Source: the human T2T-CHM13v2.0 reference genome, Homo sapiens
Assembly (NCBI GenBank): GCA_009914755.4
Contig: CP086569.2
Coordinates: 17,056,001 to 17,120,000 of the forward strand
Length of the DNA stretch: 64,000 nt
Reading direction: 5' to 3'
Below are positions 60,269 through 64,000 of this stretch, one piece after another (positions within the stretch are counted from its first letter, which is position 1; the number at the start of each line of letters is the position of its first letter). A model generated the notes under the pieces. It searched no databases. It was not told the origin of the DNA and saw only the letters and a program-made list of their open reading frames with translations. The translations under genes and the position numbers were made by a program.

Positions 60269-61702
60269 AATATTTTTCTTGTTATGTTTTTGGTAAAATA
60301 CACTTGGGCCAAAAATTGTATGCAATTACAATATTTTCAGATTCCATTTCATTACTTGCTGTAACATTCTAGCATTGAATTTCCACCTATTTATTTAAAG
60401 ATGTTTTCCCTTGCATCACTGCTCTCTTTAAACCTTTTGAACCTTGCAAGACTGAGTGCAGTAGTAAAGTGGCCTGTTCTCAGTGTTTGGGCAGGTGTTT
60501 GAATGGATCTGCCTGATGCACAATGAAGAGGCACTGCATCTCACATGGTTTCCAAGAAGGCAGTGACTACCTGAGTCACTATAAACAGGAAGGGAAAAAA
60601 TACGTTTGTCCTGACAGATTCCTAGAGAATTCAGCATATCATTGCTCAGATTCAATTAAAGATAAAAATCTTTTTCCTCTTACAGGAACACACAGTCTCA
60701 GAATTTATATATATTTTTCCTATTTGCATTTATTGCTCATTTAGATTTATAATGTTTCTGTTTTGCTTTGTACTTGCCTCTCTTGGTTTTAAGTTTTACT
60801 GTGAGAGTAACCCTTCTCATTAACTCATCTATTTGCCCATTCTCTTTTTTATCTCTTCATACGTTTATGAAATTCCCATTCATTCTCTTCTTCCATGTTC
60901 AGCTTCAACACTTAATTTTATAAGAAATATTTTTGTTATTGGTTTTGAAATTATTTTCTCCTTGAGTCAATAACTTTTAGGCAAATCTTTTGTCAGAGTA
61001 CACCATCGAGAGATTTAATCAGTGGGGATAACCGAGGTGGTAGATTTTCAGAGAAGTTGGCTGTACTAAGTGTTTTCTTCACCTTCTAGAAAACCATTAA
61101 ACAGAATTCTATCCATTGAACAGAAATCCAGCCCTTGAATATTCACTACTGATTTTTATTTATGAAATTTTTAAAAATTAGGAAATAAAAATATAAAAAT
61201 AAATTTTAGTTTCAACTCTACCCACAATCAAAAATTAATTTCAAAATTTAATTTACATTCATCTGTGCATTGCTGCCTTTATATAGATGATGAATTAACA
61301 GAACTTAGTTAATTCTGTGCTTTAGTCATGGATTTTTATAGTGTTATTGTCTCTACCTCCCAACTGGCCCTCTTACCTGTTTTATTTTTAATTGACTTTT
61401 AAATGAAATAGCACATTTTATTTGAGGACAGAAATTGGTCCTAAGAATAACATTACTTGCCTGAATCTTTGGCATAGGTACAAGGGCCCTACCTGTGAAG
61501 AGAAAAATATATGGAGGTTCAAAGGTAAGAAGAATATTTTTCCTGATCCTATAAATGCCCATTTTTTTTCCAAATAAAGGTGTTTTATAGAGCAATGTAT
61601 TAACCTTCTTTATGTCTTCGGGTTGACATGCATAAGTGTGTTAATACTGACTATTAGGATATTTATAAACATTCAGTCATGGGGTATTTTGTACAGTGGT
61701 AG

Positions 61703-61965
<263 letters not shown>

Positions 61966-62079
61966 CCATGTGAAAAAATGCTTTTCATTCAACTTAATTC
62001 AATGAGATTTTATAGAGTCTAAACACCGTTCCTAAAACAACCTCCACCACAAAAAGATAAACCACTTCAGTGTAATATA

Positions 62080-62300
62080 GAAAGATAGAAAGATATATAG
62101 ATAAGGTAAATAGATAGAATGCATAGGTATGGTAATGAGAAAGATAGGTAATACCTAAGAATGGATGATAGGTATAGTACATGATAGCTAGATAATTTGA
62201 TGACAGATATACATCATGATGATGATGGATAATATATAGAGACATATGGTAGATAAATATAGATATAGACAATAGATATACAGATATTGTCTGTGTAATA
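62080..62300. repeat. Degenerate GATA-like low-complexity block
   Basis: atagaaagatagaaagatatatagataaggtaaatagatagaatgcataggtatgg...gatatagacaatagatatacagatatt. Confidence 0.7.
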
Positions 62301-64000
62301 ATTAAAACAGCACATACTAAATTTTCAAGATACAATACTAAACTAATGACAAACAAAAGTGACAATATGTGATTGTTTAAATAGAAAATCTCATAAGTAA
62401 CATTTAGCAGAATATTGATCAACTGTTTACCCACATACTCTGTCACTAGGCAAGTAACATAAGGGGTTCGTTGAAGTATAATTAACACGAACCAAACTGC
62501 ACTATTAAATGTTTTACTTAAAAAGAAATTATTTTACCAAATGTATTATGAATTAAATAATGAAAAAATAATAATTGTATATCCAATTTAAGTAAAAAAT
62601 ACAAGAATCAGGGAAACTTAAAGTGAGGGGAAACCTTGGGAATAATTTATTCTAACTCTGATACTTAGATAGCAATTATTTTTAACTTTGTTCTAACTTT
62701 ATGAGTTCATTGTAAGAGTTTACAATGCTGAACTGAGATGTCAAATTCAAGTAACCTAGAAAAGAATGTAATGGACTGATTTACTCCACACCTGTCTCAC
62801 TCATCACCACAGAAATGAAACTACAGATACACACACGTAAAAAAGTTGATTGCATAAAATGTAATATCATGATCTCTTGAAGTTGATTCCAGGAACACAT
62901 AATATTTTTCTTAGTGCTGGAATATTTTTATATATAATTTACACTCACTAATATATACACCATCATCTCAATATGTTCACTTATTTATAGATACAAATAA
63001 ATTCATAATATATTATAAACTTTCATGCACAGAGCTCTTAGAAAACTGGAATTCAAAGGTGCTTTCTTGATGAGGGACAGGACACTAAGAAAACCTATAG
63101 CAAACAATGTTTGTTGTATTTAAGATCAGGAAATGCAATAATGCTTTTTATCAGAGCCTCTCTTCTTTATTTTGCTGGATAGAAGAGGAAAGAAAGAACA
63201 GTTTTATGAATGGAAAAGGAGGAAAATGTCACTATTTATCAATCATATGATAATACATAGAGAAAATCTACACAAATATACTGTCAAACTCATATTGGTC
63301 AAATCAACATGAATATTTAATAGTGTTGTTAGATATAAAATCAGCTTTTAAAAATCAATTTTCTTATCTTCAATAGTAATAATCATTTAGAAAATGCAGA
63401 TTATCATATAATTTATAAAGACAACAAACAAAAATTTTACTTGACAAAATATAATTAGACTCAATAAATAATGATGACAATTGTCTCTTAATTAACCTAT
63501 GGAGTCAATAAAATTTAAATAAAATTCCCAAAAAGATGTTTTGTAGAAATCAATAAGCTAATCCAAAAATTTATATAGAGAGACAATTGCATGAGATACA
63601 CCAAGAAACCCTTTATGGAAATGATGAAGGTGGAAGATGTGTTCCACGAGATTCCATATGCCTTACTGTTAAATCTTAGAAGAGCATAATACTGATGCTA
63701 GGATAGGTTTACCTACCAACAAAAAAAAAGTGAGACCAAACACACATTTATGGAAACATAATTTATTCATGAATGAAGAAAGGTAAACATTTTAGTAAAG
63801 TATCTTGTACAAATTATAAAATTTAAATAAGTAATTACATTAAAAAATAATTACAGGTTTGCTTAGACCTTAAAGCCTGATATTAGAACTTTAAAACTTA
63901 GGAGCAATTAAAAACCTTAAAAATATCAAAGTGTTTGAAAATATCTTTATCATACTGTAGTGGGATTGATAAGGAATCAGAAAGACTGATGGGGTTGAGG

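Noticed and set aside
61994-62488. 164-aa minus-strand ORF
   Set aside because: It lies in a GATA/TATC low-complexity tract (translation is an I/L/Y/S-rich low-complexity string); an artefact of repeat composition.

Overview
Primate, most likely human or great-ape, AT-rich, repeat-dense, gene-poor genomic DNA. I found no convincing cellular protein-coding gene, rRNA or tRNA. The ORF track uses bacterial start codons, and almost every ORF above 100 aa falls inside a transposable-element remnant.

The main content is two degenerate gammaretrovirus-like (class I) endogenous proviruses, each with intact ends and a 4-bp target-site duplication.

- **ERV-1** (about 14389-23585, minus strand) is near full-length, LTR-gag-pro-pol-env-LTR. 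It has a tRNA-Arg-like primer-binding site, a polypurine tract, a YMDD reverse transcriptase and a syncytin-like env immunosuppressive domain. All genes are broken by stops and frameshifts, and flanking ATAT is duplicated.
- **ERV-2** (about 47985-54708, plus strand) has an MLV-like YVDD pol. It carries large gag-pro and env deletions, a long 5' leader and strikingly asymmetric LTRs, and flanking ACAG is duplicated.
- A solo LTR of the ERV-1 family lies at 58135-58823 with a TAAG duplication.

Other repeats:
- About 20 Alu elements. Two are young AluY copies with intact flanking duplications, and one of them sits in the poly-A tail of an older Alu, giving a tail-to-tail inverted pair.
- A young L1PA 3' fragment and older L1 ORF1/ORF2 fragments.
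- MaLR (THE1/MST/MLT1) LTRs, two LTR7-like (HERV-H-type) fragments and a possible Tigger-like piece.
- Long TA/TG and degenerate GATA-like low-complexity tracts.

Structural oddities worth a second look:
- A roughly 98%-identical 348-bp direct repeat flanking a 1.05-kb segment (38083-39833).
- An unclassified interspersed repeat present in inverted copies that keeps a conserved acidic coding-like tail, ...PTQCEDDxDEDLYDDPLPLNE-stop.

Every family assignment is from memory of consensus sequences, without database search, and should be confirmed with RepeatMasker/Dfam.
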